This document shows positions 30,527-40,600 of a stretch of 64,000 nucleotides of DNA, piece after piece. The notes under the pieces were generated by a model that worked only from the letters and a program-made list of their open reading frames with translations, did not search any database and was not told the DNA's origin. The position numbers and the translations under genes are program-made. Positions within the stretch are counted from its first letter, which is position 1; each line of letters opens with the position of its first letter. This DNA is from Candidatus Multivoradales bacterium (GTDB taxonomy: Bacteria > Acidobacteriota > Thermoanaerobaculia > Multivoradales > JAHEKO01), in the NCBI GenBank assembly GCA_965223855.1, contig CBDCXM010000003.1:96028-160027 (forward strand), read 5' to 3'.

Positions 30527-31979
30527 CGAAGCGCTCCTCCACGGCCGCCGTCAGTTCGAGTCGATCGGAGAACGGCAGCACCCGGTCACCGACGAGCTGT
30601 ACCTCCTCGTGCCCCTTCCCGGCCACGAGGACGGCGTAGCGATCGTCTGAGCGAGCCGCCCGCTCGACCGCCATGCCGATCGCCCTGCGGCGATCGACTT
30701 CCGTCTCCCAGGGCGCCGGAGCCCGCTCGAGCCCCTCCGTCACCTGTGCCAGGATCGTCGCGGGATCCTCGCTTCGCGGGTTGTCGCTCGTCGCGATCAC
30801 GAAGTCGCCCTCACGGCCGGCGGCCTCCCCCATCTGAGAGCGCTTCCCCGGATCACGGTCGCCCCCACATCCGAAAACGACCAGCACTTCGCGGCCGGTG
30901 CAGGTGCGCACGGCTTCGATCGCCGACTCGAGCGCCGCCGGCGTGTGGGCGTAGTCGATGAAGAGAGGGAACGGCTGCCCGGCGACGACCGGCTCCAGTC
31001 TCCCCGGCAGGGGTCGCGCTTCGGCGAGCGCGCGATGAATCGCTCCCTTCTCCACCCCGAGGGAGACGGCGGCGGCGACCGCAGCCAGCAGGTTCTCGAC
31101 GTTGAACGGCCCGAGAAGACCGGTGTGAAACTCCAGCCGGCCGGCCGGCGTCGCGAGCACGCCCCGGGTAGAGGTCGGCTCGTACCGGATCACCTCGACC
31201 GCGACGTCTCCTCCGGCGCCGAACGTCGTCGCTTCCGGCAGCGCTTCGGCGAGCCGACGCCCCCAACGGTCGCCGACGCCGACGACGGCGCGGCCGCCGG
31301 TCTCGAGCTGGTCGAACAGTCGCTTCTTGGCGGCGAAATAGCCCTCGAGGTCGCCGTGGAAGTCGAGATGGTCGCGACTGAGGTTCGTGAACACCGCCAC
31401 GTCGAAGGTCACACCCTCGACCCGTGACAGCGACAGCGCGTGGGACGACACCTCCATCGCCGCCGCCTCGGCACCGGCATCGCGCATCGTCCGCAGCATC
31501 CGCAGCAGCTCCGAGGCTTCCGGCGTGGTGCGCTCCGCCCCCGAGATCATCTCGCCGAAGCGGTAGCCGAGCGTCCCGAGGGTGGCGGTCGGTCGCCCGG
31601 CCGCCTCGAGGATCAGCCTCACGAGCTCGACCACGGTCGACTTGCCGTTGGTCCCGGTGACTCCGATCATCGCGAGCTCGCGGTGGGGGTGCTCGTAGAG
31701 GCGCGCTGCCAGCGGCCCCAGGAGCGCCCTGGGATCGTCGGTCGACAGCCACGGCACCTGGAGCCCCTCCGGCGCTTCACCGCGGCCGAGAACGGCGGCC
31801 GCTCCTCTCCCGGCGGCGTCCGCGGCGAAATCGCGGCCGTCGTAGCGCTCCCCCGGCATCGCCACGAACAACGCTCCCGGCTCGGCCTGGCGGGAGTCGT
31901 GTGTGATCGCCGCCACTTCCGGCAGCGTCGTCGCACGGGTAGTGACCGGCAGCCCTCGAATGAGATCGACCATTCGCAT
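30507..31979 (-). CDS. murE: UDP-MurNAc-dipeptide--meso-DAP ligase
   Basis: GVTGTNGKST, TTPE, MEVSSHA, DYAHTP, DNPR (DAP-specificity motif). Confidence 0.95.
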   Translation of the reverse strand: MRMVDLIRGLPVTTRATTLPEVAAITHDSRQAEPGALFVAMPGERYDGRDFAADAAGRGAAAVLGRGEAPEGLQVPWLSTDDPRALLGPLAARLYEHPHRELAMIGVTGTNGKSTVVELVRLILEAAGRPTATLGTLGYRFGEMISGAERTTPEASELLRMLRTMRDAGAEAAAMEVSSHALSLSRVEGVTFDVAVFTNLSRDHLDFHGDLEGYFAAKKRLFDQLETGGRAVVGVGDRWGRRLAEALPEATTFGAGGDVAVEVIRYEPTSTRGVLATPAGRLEFHTGLLGPFNVENLLAAVAAAVSLGVEKGAIHRALAEARPLPGRLEPVVAGQPFPLFIDYAHTPAALESAIEAVRTCTGREVLVVFGCGGDRDPGKRSQMGEAAGREGDFVIATSDNPRSEDPATILAQVTEGLERAPAPWETEVDRRRAIGMAVERAARSDDRYAVLVAGKGHEEVQLVGDRVLPFSDRLELTAAVEERFGAGTAD

Positions 31980-33724
31980 TACGAGGCGATGCGCTCGCCC
32001 CCCTCAGCGGCCGAGCGCCGAGCTACCTCGTAGGAGGGAATCGCCGCCTCGTCCTGGCGCGGCACTCCCATCCGTAGCAGGGCGTGGCGGACGATCTTCG
32101 AGAACGCCGCTGCCGGGGCGTCACCCCCGTGGTAGCGCAGCCCACCCGGCTCGTCGATCACGACGAGTCCGACGATCCGCGGATCACGCGCCGGCGCGAA
32201 GCCGACAAAGCTGGCGACGTACTTGCCCGGCACGTAGCCGCCGGGCCCGGGCTTCTCCGCGGTTCCGGTCTTGCCGGCCACCACGTAGCCCGGAATCCTC
32301 GCGTTCCTGCCGGTACCCCGCTCCTCGTAGACCACCCGCTCGAGCATTCGCACCAGGGTGCGCGCGGTGGTGGCGGAGATCGGCCGCCCGAGCACCTCGG
32401 GCCGGCCTTGGAGGCTGTGCCTCTCGCCGCCCCGACCGACCTGGGCGACGACGAAGGGTCGGTAGAGGGTGCCGCCGTTGGCGATCGCGGCGAACGCATT
32501 GACCAGCTGGAGCGGGGTGACCGAGATCCCCTGACCGAAGGAGATGTAGGCGATGTCGCGTTTCTTCCACTCCTCGACCGGATGGACGAGCCCGACCGCC
32601 TCGCCGTTGAGATCGACCCCGGTCGGGGTACCGAAGCCGAACGCGCGGATGGTCTCGTAGAGGCGCTCCTCCCCGGCGCGTACCCCGAGCCGGATCGCGC
32701 CGACATTGCTCGAATAGGCGATCACCTCCGTGAAGCTGAGCTCGTCGAAGCTCTTGTGATCACGGATCCGCTTGCCCCGGAAGATGATGTCCCCGTTGCC
32801 GCAGTCGAAGCGATCGAGTGGGTCGACCACTCCCGCCTCGAGGGCCGCGGCGGCGGTGATGAGCTTGAACGTCGAGCCTGGCTCGTACAGATTCTGGACC
32901 GGGATGTTCTTGCGGTCCTCGGGACGGGCGGCGCGGTAGGCGTTGGGATCGAAACCCGGGTAGGAGGCCATCGCCAGCACCGCGCCGTTGCGCGGATCGA
33001 GCAGCACGACCGAGCCGCCGACGGCTCCATGCTCGTGGATCGCCGCCGCCAGCTCGCGCTCGGCGACATGCTGAATCGAGCTGTCGATGGTCAGATAGAG
33101 ATCGTCTCCCGGCCTCGCCTGCTCGAGCTCGAAGTCGCGGTAGAGAACCCGGCCCGGCCGCGCGTCGCGCAGGACCGGCCGCTTGACCGGATCGCCGGCG
33201 ATCCGGGAGTCGTACTCGCGCTCCAGGCCGGCGAGACCGGTCGGGTCGACCCCCATGAAGCCGAGCACCGCCGCTCCCAGCGGACCGAGCGGGTAGGAGC
33301 GCTTGCTCTCCCGCGGGTAGGTCAGACCGTCGATCTCGAGACTCCTCACCGCCTCGAACTGCTCGGAAGAGAGCTGCCGAGCGACCCAGACGAAGTTGCG
33401 GTCCTGCCGGGAGAACGACTCCGCGAGCGCCTTGCGATCGCCGCCCACGGCAGCCGTCAGACTCCTCGCAGCGCCTTCGGGGTCGGCGATCCGGCGCGGG
33501 TCGGCCGCCACCGATCGCGCCTCGATCGACAGCGCCAGCTCCCGCCCCCGGGCGTCGAAGATCGTCCCGCGAGGAGGTGTGAGGACGAGCTCGCTCGTCT
33601 GCTGACGCCGGGCGCGCTCGCTGAAGTGCTCATGCTCGACGACCTGCAGCCGGTAGAGACGCACCGACAGCAGGCCGATCCAGACGCAGCACACCGCGAG
33701 GAGGATCCACAGACGGCTCTTCAT
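31979..33724 (-). CDS. ftsI: penicillin-binding protein 3 (FtsI)
   Basis: RGTIFD, EPGSTFK (SxxK), SSN, KTGT. Confidence 0.93.
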   Translation of the reverse strand: MKSRLWILLAVCCVWIGLLSVRLYRLQVVEHEHFSERARRQQTSELVLTPPRGTIFDARGRELALSIEARSVAADPRRIADPEGAARSLTAAVGGDRKALAESFSRQDRNFVWVARQLSSEQFEAVRSLEIDGLTYPRESKRSYPLGPLGAAVLGFMGVDPTGLAGLEREYDSRIAGDPVKRPVLRDARPGRVLYRDFELEQARPGDDLYLTIDSSIQHVAERELAAAIHEHGAVGGSVVLLDPRNGAVLAMASYPGFDPNAYRAARPEDRKNIPVQNLYEPGSTFKLITAAAALEAGVVDPLDRFDCGNGDIIFRGKRIRDHKSFDELSFTEVIAYSSNVGAIRLGVRAGEERLYETIRAFGFGTPTGVDLNGEAVGLVHPVEEWKKRDIAYISFGQGISVTPLQLVNAFAAIANGGTLYRPFVVAQVGRGGERHSLQGRPEVLGRPISATTARTLVRMLERVVYEERGTGRNARIPGYVVAGKTGTAEKPGPGGYVPGKYVASFVGFAPARDPRIVGLVVIDEPGGLRYHGGDAPAAAFSKIVRHALLRMGVPRQDEAAIPSYEVARRSAAEGGERIAS

Positions 33725-34065
33725 TCGAGCTCCTCGACGAACACGACCCGATCGAGCGACAGCTCCACGAGGCCGAGTTCCCGCCGCGCCTTCTCCTCCA
33801 CCGTGAGATGCCGCGAGAGCTCCGCGACCCCGACCCTCAGGACCCGCTCCTGCTCGAGCTGAGCGGCGAGTTGGTTCTCCAGGCGCCGCACCTCGTAACC
33901 GACGGCCCACAGCTGACTCGACACCCACAGATACGCGAGCACTGCGAGGCTCAGCGGCACCGCCAGCGCGAGGAGCGCGAGCAGATCACGACGCAGCCGC
34001 CGATCGCGCTCGCGAACGAGGAACGCGTTGGCGACCGGCCGGCGGATCGAGTAGGCACTCTTCAA
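33721..34065 (-). CDS. ftsL: cell division protein FtsL
   Basis: Small TM plus coiled coil between rsmH and ftsI, ARRELGL. Confidence 0.75.
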   Translation of the reverse strand: MKSAYSIRRPVANAFLVRERDRRLRRDLLALLALAVPLSLAVLAYLWVSSQLWAVGYEVRRLENQLAAQLEQERVLRVGVAELSRHLTVEEKARRELGLVELSLDRVVFVEELE

Positions 34066-34069
34066 CGGC

Positions 34070-34981
34070 TCACAGCCTCCTCGCCGCGCGCAGGCGGGCG
34101 GAGCGGGCGCGCGGGTTCACCGCCACCTCGTCCTCGCTCGGCCGGACCGGCTTCTTCGTCAGGACCTCGAGCACCCGGGTCTCGGAACGGGTACGCCCGG
34201 TGACCTCGTCGATCTCGCCACGGGCGAGATTGCGAAGGCTGTTCTTCACGATCCGGTCCTCGAGGCTGTGGTACGAGATCACCACCAGGCGGCCATCGCT
34301 CTCGAGCGAGTCCGCCACACGGCTCATCAGGCGCTCGAGACCGGCGAGCTCGCGATTGACCTCGATCCGCAGCGCCTGGAAGACCTGCGTCGCCGGATCG
34401 CGGCGCGCGAGTCCGTGGCGCCGTCGCTCCGGCCGCTTCGCTCGTTCGACGGCCTGCTGCAGGTCGCGGGTCGTCTCGAGCTCGCGCTCGGCACGCTCCC
34501 TCACCAGGGCTCGCGCCACCCGACGCGCCTGACGCTCCTCGCCGTACTCCCTGAAGATTCGCTCCAACTCGGCCTCCGGGTAGCGGTTGACGATCTCTCG
34601 CGCGGTCACGGTGCTGTCCCCCATGCGCATGTCGAGTGGTCCGTCGAAGCGGAAGCTGAAGCCGCGATCGGGGGTGTCGAGCTGCATGGAAGAGACACCC
34701 AGGTCGGCGAGAACGCCGACCGCCCGCTCGAGACCCGCCCCTTCGAGGTGGTCACCGATGTCATCGAACTCTCCCTGGGCGAACCGCACGCGGTCGCCGA
34801 ACGGCGCGAGGCGCGTGCGTGCCTTCGCGAGCGCCTGCCGGTCGCGATCGACTCCGAGCACGCACAGCCCCGGATTCGCCGCCAGCAGCGCTTCCGTGTG
34901 CCCCCCGAGACCGAGGGTGCAGTCGACCATCCAGCCGTCGGCGAGCGGCTCGAAGAAGCCGAGCGTCTCGCGCAGCAGCAC
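34070..34981 (-). CDS. rsmH: 16S rRNA m4C1402 methyltransferase (start anomalous, see findings)
   Basis: DCTLGLGGH, DLGVSSMQLD, PLDMRM, FQALRIEVN, ISYHSLEDRIVK, NPRARSARLR. Confidence 0.93.
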   Translation of the reverse strand: MLLRETLGFFEPLADGWMVDCTLGLGGHTEALLAANPGLCVLGVDRDRQALAKARTRLAPFGDRVRFAQGEFDDIGDHLEGAGLERAVGVLADLGVSSMQLDTPDRGFSFRFDGPLDMRMGDSTVTAREIVNRYPEAELERIFREYGEERQARRVARALVRERAERELETTRDLQQAVERAKRPERRRHGLARRDPATQVFQALRIEVNRELAGLERLMSRVADSLESDGRLVVISYHSLEDRIVKNSLRNLARGEIDEVTGRTRSETRVLEVLTKKPVRPSEDEVAVNPRARSARLRAARRL

Positions 34982-35055
34982 CGGGACGTGAACGGAGGGC
35001 TCCGACGCTCAGCTCCCCTCTCCCCCGATGCACGGGCCGACGGCCGCACACCGCA

Positions 35056-35496
35056 TCAGATCCCACGCTCGCTGAGGTAGGAGAAGTCGTCGTCGTCGAA
35101 CGGCTGATCTTCGAAGCGTTCGCGCAGCCGGTCGTGGTTCCACACTTCGAGGTGGTCGAGCCGGGCGCTGACGACGACCTCGCCGCTCATCCGGGCGCTC
35201 TCACGCAGAATGGCCGGCAGCACGACACGGCCCTGCTTGTCGAGCGTTCCCTCCTGGCCGAAGTAGCTCGTCCGCTCGAGGAAGCGCTGCTTGACCTGGT
35301 CGGTCTTCGGCAGGGCGGCCAGCGCGTTCTCGATCTCTTCCCACACCTGAATCGGGTAGACCTGAACCGAGGTACCCCGCACCGAGGTGATGAAGACCTC
35401 TGAGCCGTAGGCAGCTTCCATCTGCCGACGGAAGCTCGTGGGGAGCTTCAATCGACCCTTGTCGTCGATCTTGGTAGCAGCGCTGCCTCGGAACAC
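35056..35496 (-). CDS. mraZ: dcw cluster transcriptional regulator MraZ
   Basis: MFRG, IDDKGRL, LDKQGRV, HLEVWN. Confidence 0.95.
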   Translation of the reverse strand: MFRGSAATKIDDKGRLKLPTSFRRQMEAAYGSEVFITSVRGTSVQVYPIQVWEEIENALAALPKTDQVKQRFLERTSYFGQEGTLDKQGRVVLPAILRESARMSGEVVVSARLDHLEVWNHDRLRERFEDQPFDDDDFSYLSERGI

Positions 35497-35532
35497 CGTT
35501 CACCGCCCACAGGAACAAGCGTTTTCGCGCGC

Positions 35533-35571
35533 AGCTTAGCAATTTGGTCCACTTCTGTCCATTTTTGTCCA
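35533..35571 (-). promoter_or_regulatory. mraZ promoter with three MraZ-box-like direct repeats
   Basis: TGGAC x3 at 10 bp period (35547-51, 35557-61, 35567-71) upstream of -10-like TAAGCT (35533-38). Confidence 0.75.
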
Positions 35572-35588
35572 CCATCCGGCACAAACAC

Positions 35589-35616
35589 TTCGAGCGCGCC
35601 GGAAGGCGCGCTCGAA
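35589..35616 (-). terminator. hairpin, likely terminator after the mfd-PPIase operon
   Basis: Perfect 12 bp stem TTCGAGCGCGCC/GGCGCGCTCGAA; weak U-tail on minus strand. Confidence 0.5.
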
Positions 35617-35701
35617 AGGGGCTCAGCCGGTCGCTTTCAGCGCTCTCACACCCTCGGTCGCGGCGCTCCTAGTCCACTCGGAGCCCGCCCCCGATCGGGC
35701 G

Positions 35702-36844
35702 TCAACGCCCTTCCGAAGAGGCCTCCTCGGTCGACTCGGTGGCCGGTGCTTCGTCAGGTCCGCTTCCGTCCGCCGGCCCGAGCCCGGACAGTGGATCTTC
35801 GGTCGTCGAGCGCGTGGCGCGAAAACCGGCCGCCTCGGGGGGCGGATCGATGCGGATGAACGAAGAGTTCTCGAGGTCCGAGAGCATCGTGGTCACCGCC
35901 TCCTGCTGCAGTCGCAGCAGCTCGAGGTTCTCTACCTCGTCTCTGACCTCGCTGAAGGGGCGCGTGTGCTCCTCCTCGATCGCCAGCACCTGGGAGACGT
36001 GAAGCCCGCCACGGGCGGGGATCGGCGCGCCGACTTCTCCTGCCGCGAGGGCGAGTACCTGAGGCTCGATCTGAGGGTCGAGATCCCCCTCCTCGACCCA
36101 GCCGAGGTCGATGATCGAGGTCGTGCGCCCTGTATCGCTCCACTCCGCGACCCTCGACTCGAACAGGTCCTGATCGCCGGCCATCAGCGTCGCGACCTCC
36201 GATGCCAGCGCCGCCTGCTCGTCCGCCGAAACGGACGCATCGTCCAGCACGATGACCGAGCGCACCTGGTGACGGCGCGGCACCGCAAACTCCTCGCGAC
36301 GGCTCTGGTAGTAGCGCCGCAGGTCCTCTTCGTCGAGCTCGATCCGCGACTGAAGCTCCCTCGCCGTCGTCCGCTGCAGCAGGATGTTGCGACGCGCCTG
36401 GTCGCGGATCATCGACCGCGTCGTACCTGTCGACTCGAGGGCCTGGTCGAAGTCCCGGTCGTCGGTCAGCCCGTTCGACTCGCGCATTCGCGTCACCGCG
36501 TCGTCGACCATCTCCTCGGTGACCTCGACGTCGTCGCGGCTCGCCTTCGACAGCAAAAGCAGCTCGTCGAACATCTCGCGGAACACCATCTCGCCGAGCC
36601 CGGCGAGCTCTGCTGACTTCTCCGCCTCACTCAACGGCGAGCGTTGGAGCGCCCGGAGGCGCTCGCCGTAGCGGCGCTGGTAGTCGTGGAGGGTCGCGAT
36701 GTGGTCGTTGACCTGCAGCACGATCCGATTGACGTCGGCGGCGGCAGGCGGCGGCAGCAGAACTCCTGCGACCAGCGGCAGGGTGGCGGCCAACGCGAGA
36801 GTCCGGAGGCGTGCGCCCCGGAGGAGCCATGAAAGGAGATTCAT
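35702..36844 (-). CDS. SurA-like periplasmic chaperone/PPIase
   Basis: Signal peptide, VNRIVLQVNDHI, DLGWV, parvulin-like C-terminal region. Confidence 0.8.
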   Translation of the reverse strand: MNLLSWLLRGARLRTLALAATLPLVAGVLLPPPAAADVNRIVLQVNDHIATLHDYQRRYGERLRALQRSPLSEAEKSAELAGLGEMVFREMFDELLLLSKASRDDVEVTEEMVDDAVTRMRESNGLTDDRDFDQALESTGTTRSMIRDQARRNILLQRTTARELQSRIELDEEDLRRYYQSRREEFAVPRRHQVRSVIVLDDASVSADEQAALASEVATLMAGDQDLFESRVAEWSDTGRTTSIIDLGWVEEGDLDPQIEPQVLALAAGEVGAPIPARGGLHVSQVLAIEEEHTRPFSEVRDEVENLELLRLQQEAVTTMLSDLENSSFIRIDPPPEAAGFRATRSTTEDPLSGLGPADGSGPDEAPATESTEEASSEGR

Positions 36845-37680
36845 CGGGAGGTGCGCTCCGAGCGGTAGGTTCCTAGATAGTCGAAAGGGAGATTCTGCTC
36901 GAAGACCTCGACATTGTAGCGCCCGGCCGCTTCCTCGACCAAGACGGCGAGCGCCCGATCGGCGGCCTCGCGCTCGAGCTGTTCACGGATCCGCGGCGAC
37001 GCTTCCTGAAGCGTCAGATCGTGGGCCTCGTGTCGAGCGAGAACCTCGAACAAGAGGAACCCGTAGTCGGTCTCGACAATTTCGCTCACCTCCCCTGGGG
37101 CGATGGCAAAGATCGCCGACGCGAAGTCCGGAGGCAGCGAGTCTCGGGTCATCCCGCGCTGCACCCACCCCCCCCGAGCCTCCTCGCCTTCCACGTCGAT
37201 CGCCACGGCCTCGAACGCTTCTCCCGCTCGCAGGCGGGCCAGCGCAGCCTCGGCGGCAGGGCGCTGTTCCACGAGCAACTGTCGCAGATCGACCTGCTCG
37301 GGCTGGCGGAACTCCTCCGGGTGCTCGCTGTAGTAGAGCTCGATCGCTGCACTGTCGACCTCGGAGGCGACCCGGCGCGAGACGAGCCGCTCGATCACGA
37401 CGCGGCGATCTCCGTCCCCCAGCCCCTCGTCGCGAGCCAGCTCCACCAGCAGCTCCTCGAGAATGAACTGATCGAAGAGCCCGGTCAGCACGGCGCTCGG
37501 GAGACCGACCTCCCCGTCGAGCGAGTTGACCTCGAGGTAGTGCTCGAAGTCGCCGTAGGCGTACTCGCGGGCGGCCAGGACCATCACGGTGTCGGAGGCC
37601 GGCACATCGACCGGCGAGCAGCCGGCCCCCCAGACGAGCGCGGTGATGCCGGCCGCGACTGCCGACCACGAGCGGTTCAT
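36841..37680 (-). CDS. parvulin-type peptidyl-prolyl isomerase (lipoprotein)
   Basis: Lipobox GAG-C, YYSEHPEEF, LRAGEAFEAVA, GEVSEIVETDYGF. Confidence 0.82.
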   Translation of the reverse strand: MNRSWSAVAAGITALVWGAGCSPVDVPASDTVMVLAAREYAYGDFEHYLEVNSLDGEVGLPSAVLTGLFDQFILEELLVELARDEGLGDGDRRVVIERLVSRRVASEVDSAAIELYYSEHPEEFRQPEQVDLRQLLVEQRPAAEAALARLRAGEAFEAVAIDVEGEEARGGWVQRGMTRDSLPPDFASAIFAIAPGEVSEIVETDYGFLLFEVLARHEAHDLTLQEASPRIREQLEREAADRALAVLVEEAAGRYNVEVFEQNLPFDYLGTYRSERTSR

Positions 37681-40600
37681 GGCCTGGTGATCTCCTCCAC
37701 GACCCTCGAAGCGAAGGCGACCACCGATTCGTCCCGCGAGAGCGGCACGCTCAGCACGCCGGAAGGGGAGAAGGTCGCCCCGTCGCGCTCGCCGATCCAC
37801 TGCACGAGATGGCCGAGATCGAGGTCACTGTCCTTGCGCAAGCGAATCTCCAGTCGGCTCCGGCCGGCGGACACCGATTGTACGCCGTGATCCTCCGCGA
37901 GCGCCTTGAGCCGCGCCACGTCGACCAGCGACTCTACGCTCTCGGGCACGGGGCCGAAGCGGTCCTCGAGCTCGGCGAGAATCTCGCTGCGATCGGGAGC
38001 GTCGGCGACCCGACGATAGACCTCCATGCGCAGATTCGCGTCGGCGATGTAGGAGACGGGGATCGACATCGCCACCGGAAGGTCGACCACGGCGGAAGCT
38101 CGAGTGCGCACCTGCTCGCCCTTGAGCTCGCGCACGGCGTCCTCGAGCAGCCGCATGTAGGTGTCGATCCCGACGGCGGCGATGTGGCCGCTCTGCTCCG
38201 CCCCCAGCAGATTGCCCGCGCCGCGAATTTCGAGGTCTCGTGCAGCGACGCGGAAGCCGGCCCCCAGCTCGGTGAACTCACGGATCGCACTCAGGCGTTG
38301 ACGGGCCTCCTCGCTCACCACCCGGTCGGACGACACCAGCAGGTAGCAATAGGCCAACCGGTCGCCGCGGCCGACGCGGCCGCGGAGCTGGTACAGCTGG
38401 GAGAGGCCGAAGCGGTCGGCGCGATGGATCAGCATCGTGTTGACGTTCGAGAGGTCGATCCCGTTCTCGATGATCGTCGTCGCCAGGAGGAGGTCGTAGT
38501 CGCCGTCCTTGAAGGCATGCATGCGCTCGGCCAGCTCCCGTTCGGGAAGCTGGCCGTGGCCGATCGTCAGCCGCAGATCCGGCACGAGGCCCCGCAGCCA
38601 GCGGGCCATCTCCTCGATCCCCTCGACCCGGTTGTAGACGAAATAGATCTGGCCACCGCGCTCGAGCTCGTAGTCGATCGCCTCGCGGACGACCTCGTCG
38701 TCGAGCGGCAGCACTGCCGTCTCCACGGCCATTCGATCGCGTGGCGGCGACTCGATCACCGACAGGTCGCGGATCCCGGCCATCGACAGCTGGAGGGTCC
38801 GCGGCACCGGGGTCGCCGACATCGCCAGGACGTGGACGTCGCGCTTGAGGTCGCGGAGCCGTTCCTTCTGGGCGACGCCGAAACGTTGCTCCTCGTCGAC
38901 GATCAGAAGCCCGAGCCTGGGCAGGCGGATGTCGCGACTCAAGAGCCGATGGGTGCCGATGAGGATGTCGATCTCCCCCTTCTCCAGCCGCTCGCGGATG
39001 GCCTCCACCTGGGCAGGGGAACGGAAGCGCGACACCATCTCGACCTCGACGGGAAACCCCGCCATGCGATCGCGGAACGTCTCCAGATGCTGATCGGCGA
39101 GGATCGTCGTCGGCGCCAGCACCGCGACCTGCCAGCCGGCTTCGACGGCACGGAAGGCGGCTCGCATGGCGACCTCGGTCTTGCCGAAACCGACATCGCC
39201 GCACAGCAACCGATCCATCGGCCTCGTGCGACCGAGATCCTCCATGATCGCCGCGATGGCGGTGTCCTGGTCGGGGGTCTCCTCGTGCTCGAACGCGGCC
39301 TCGAACTGGGTCATGAGGTCGCTCGCCGGTGCCATCATCAGCGCCTCGGCGAGCTGGCGCTCGGCGTAGAGTTCGAGCAGATCGATCGCGAGCTTGCGCA
39401 CGCTCGACCGGACACGGTCCTGGCGCTTGGTCCACGAACTGCCACCGAGGCGGTCGAGCCTGGGAGCCACCGACTCGATTCCGCTGTAGCGCTCCACGAG
39501 ATCGACGCGAGAGAGAGGCAGCAGCAGGCTGCGCCCTCCCGAGTAGGAGATCTCCATCACCTCCACCGCGCTCGCCGCGTCGGGCGCGGCGACTCCGGCA
39601 AGCTCCGGCGGCAGGCCGGAGGCCGTGTCGGGCCCTTCGGGTGCCATCGACGTCAGGGCGACGAAGCGGCCGATGCCGTGATCGCGGTGAACGACGTAGT
39701 CGCCGACCCGCAGGTCGCGCATCCCTCCCAGGAACGGCGCGAGAGTCGACGAGCGGCGCGGCTCGCGACGCGGGAACAGCTGCCGGTCGGAGTAGATCGC
39801 CAGACCCGCCTCGGGAATCTCGACTCCGCGCTCGAGTTCGCCTCCGACGACCTGCACGCCGCCGTCGCCGAGCGCGATCTCACGCTCCGCACACCAGCGG
39901 CGGAGTCGCTCCTCCTGCCCGTGAGCCGCTACCAGCAGCACCCGGCGACCGCGCTCGCGCGCCACTGCGACCTCGTGGGGGAAGCGCTGCAGGTGATCGT
40001 GAAACACCTCCGTGCTTCGGGCGCCGAAGTCGACCGCGTCGGCCGCGAGGTCCTCGATCGCCGTCGGAGTCGTGGCGAGGACTTCTTCCACCTCTTCGAC
40101 AGGCACCTCGAGCAGGCGGGGCGGCAGGACGATCGCCTCGACCGCCTCGCTACGCTCGTAGTCGGCCTCGGACTGGGCGTGATAGTTGCGTGCCTCGTCC
40201 ACCAGGAGTGCCCGGTCGACGACGAATCGAAGCGCTTGCGGATCCCACTCGACGAGACCGCGACCGGAGGCCGCGACCCCGAGCGCTCGCTCCCAGCCCG
40301 GCACCTGCGCGCCCTCACGGAGCTGCTCGATCTCACCGCGCCAGCTCGAGGGCAGCTCGAGTCCCTCGAGGTAACTCGCCACCCGTCGTCTCCCGCCTTC
40401 ATCGACCGGGAAGAGCGACATCGGCAGCAGCCGCACGCGATCGATCCGCTGTCCGGAGCGCTGATCCGCCGGGTCGAAGAGCCTCAGCGACTCGATCTCG
40501 TCGTCGAAATAGTCGATCCTGAGTGGCCGCTCCATGCCCGGCCCCCACACGTCCGCAAGCCCGCCACGGACCGCGAACTCACCGACCTCGCCGACGAGAT

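Noticed and set aside
19317-33862. Many long plus-strand ORFs across the dcw cluster
   Set aside because: Shadow ORFs opposite well-conserved genes; Arg/Pro/Ser-rich or antisense-type composition
35009-35011. Selenocysteine codon in rsmH
   Set aside because: Position is in a non-catalytic N-terminal extension and no convincing SECIS hairpin could be identified by eye
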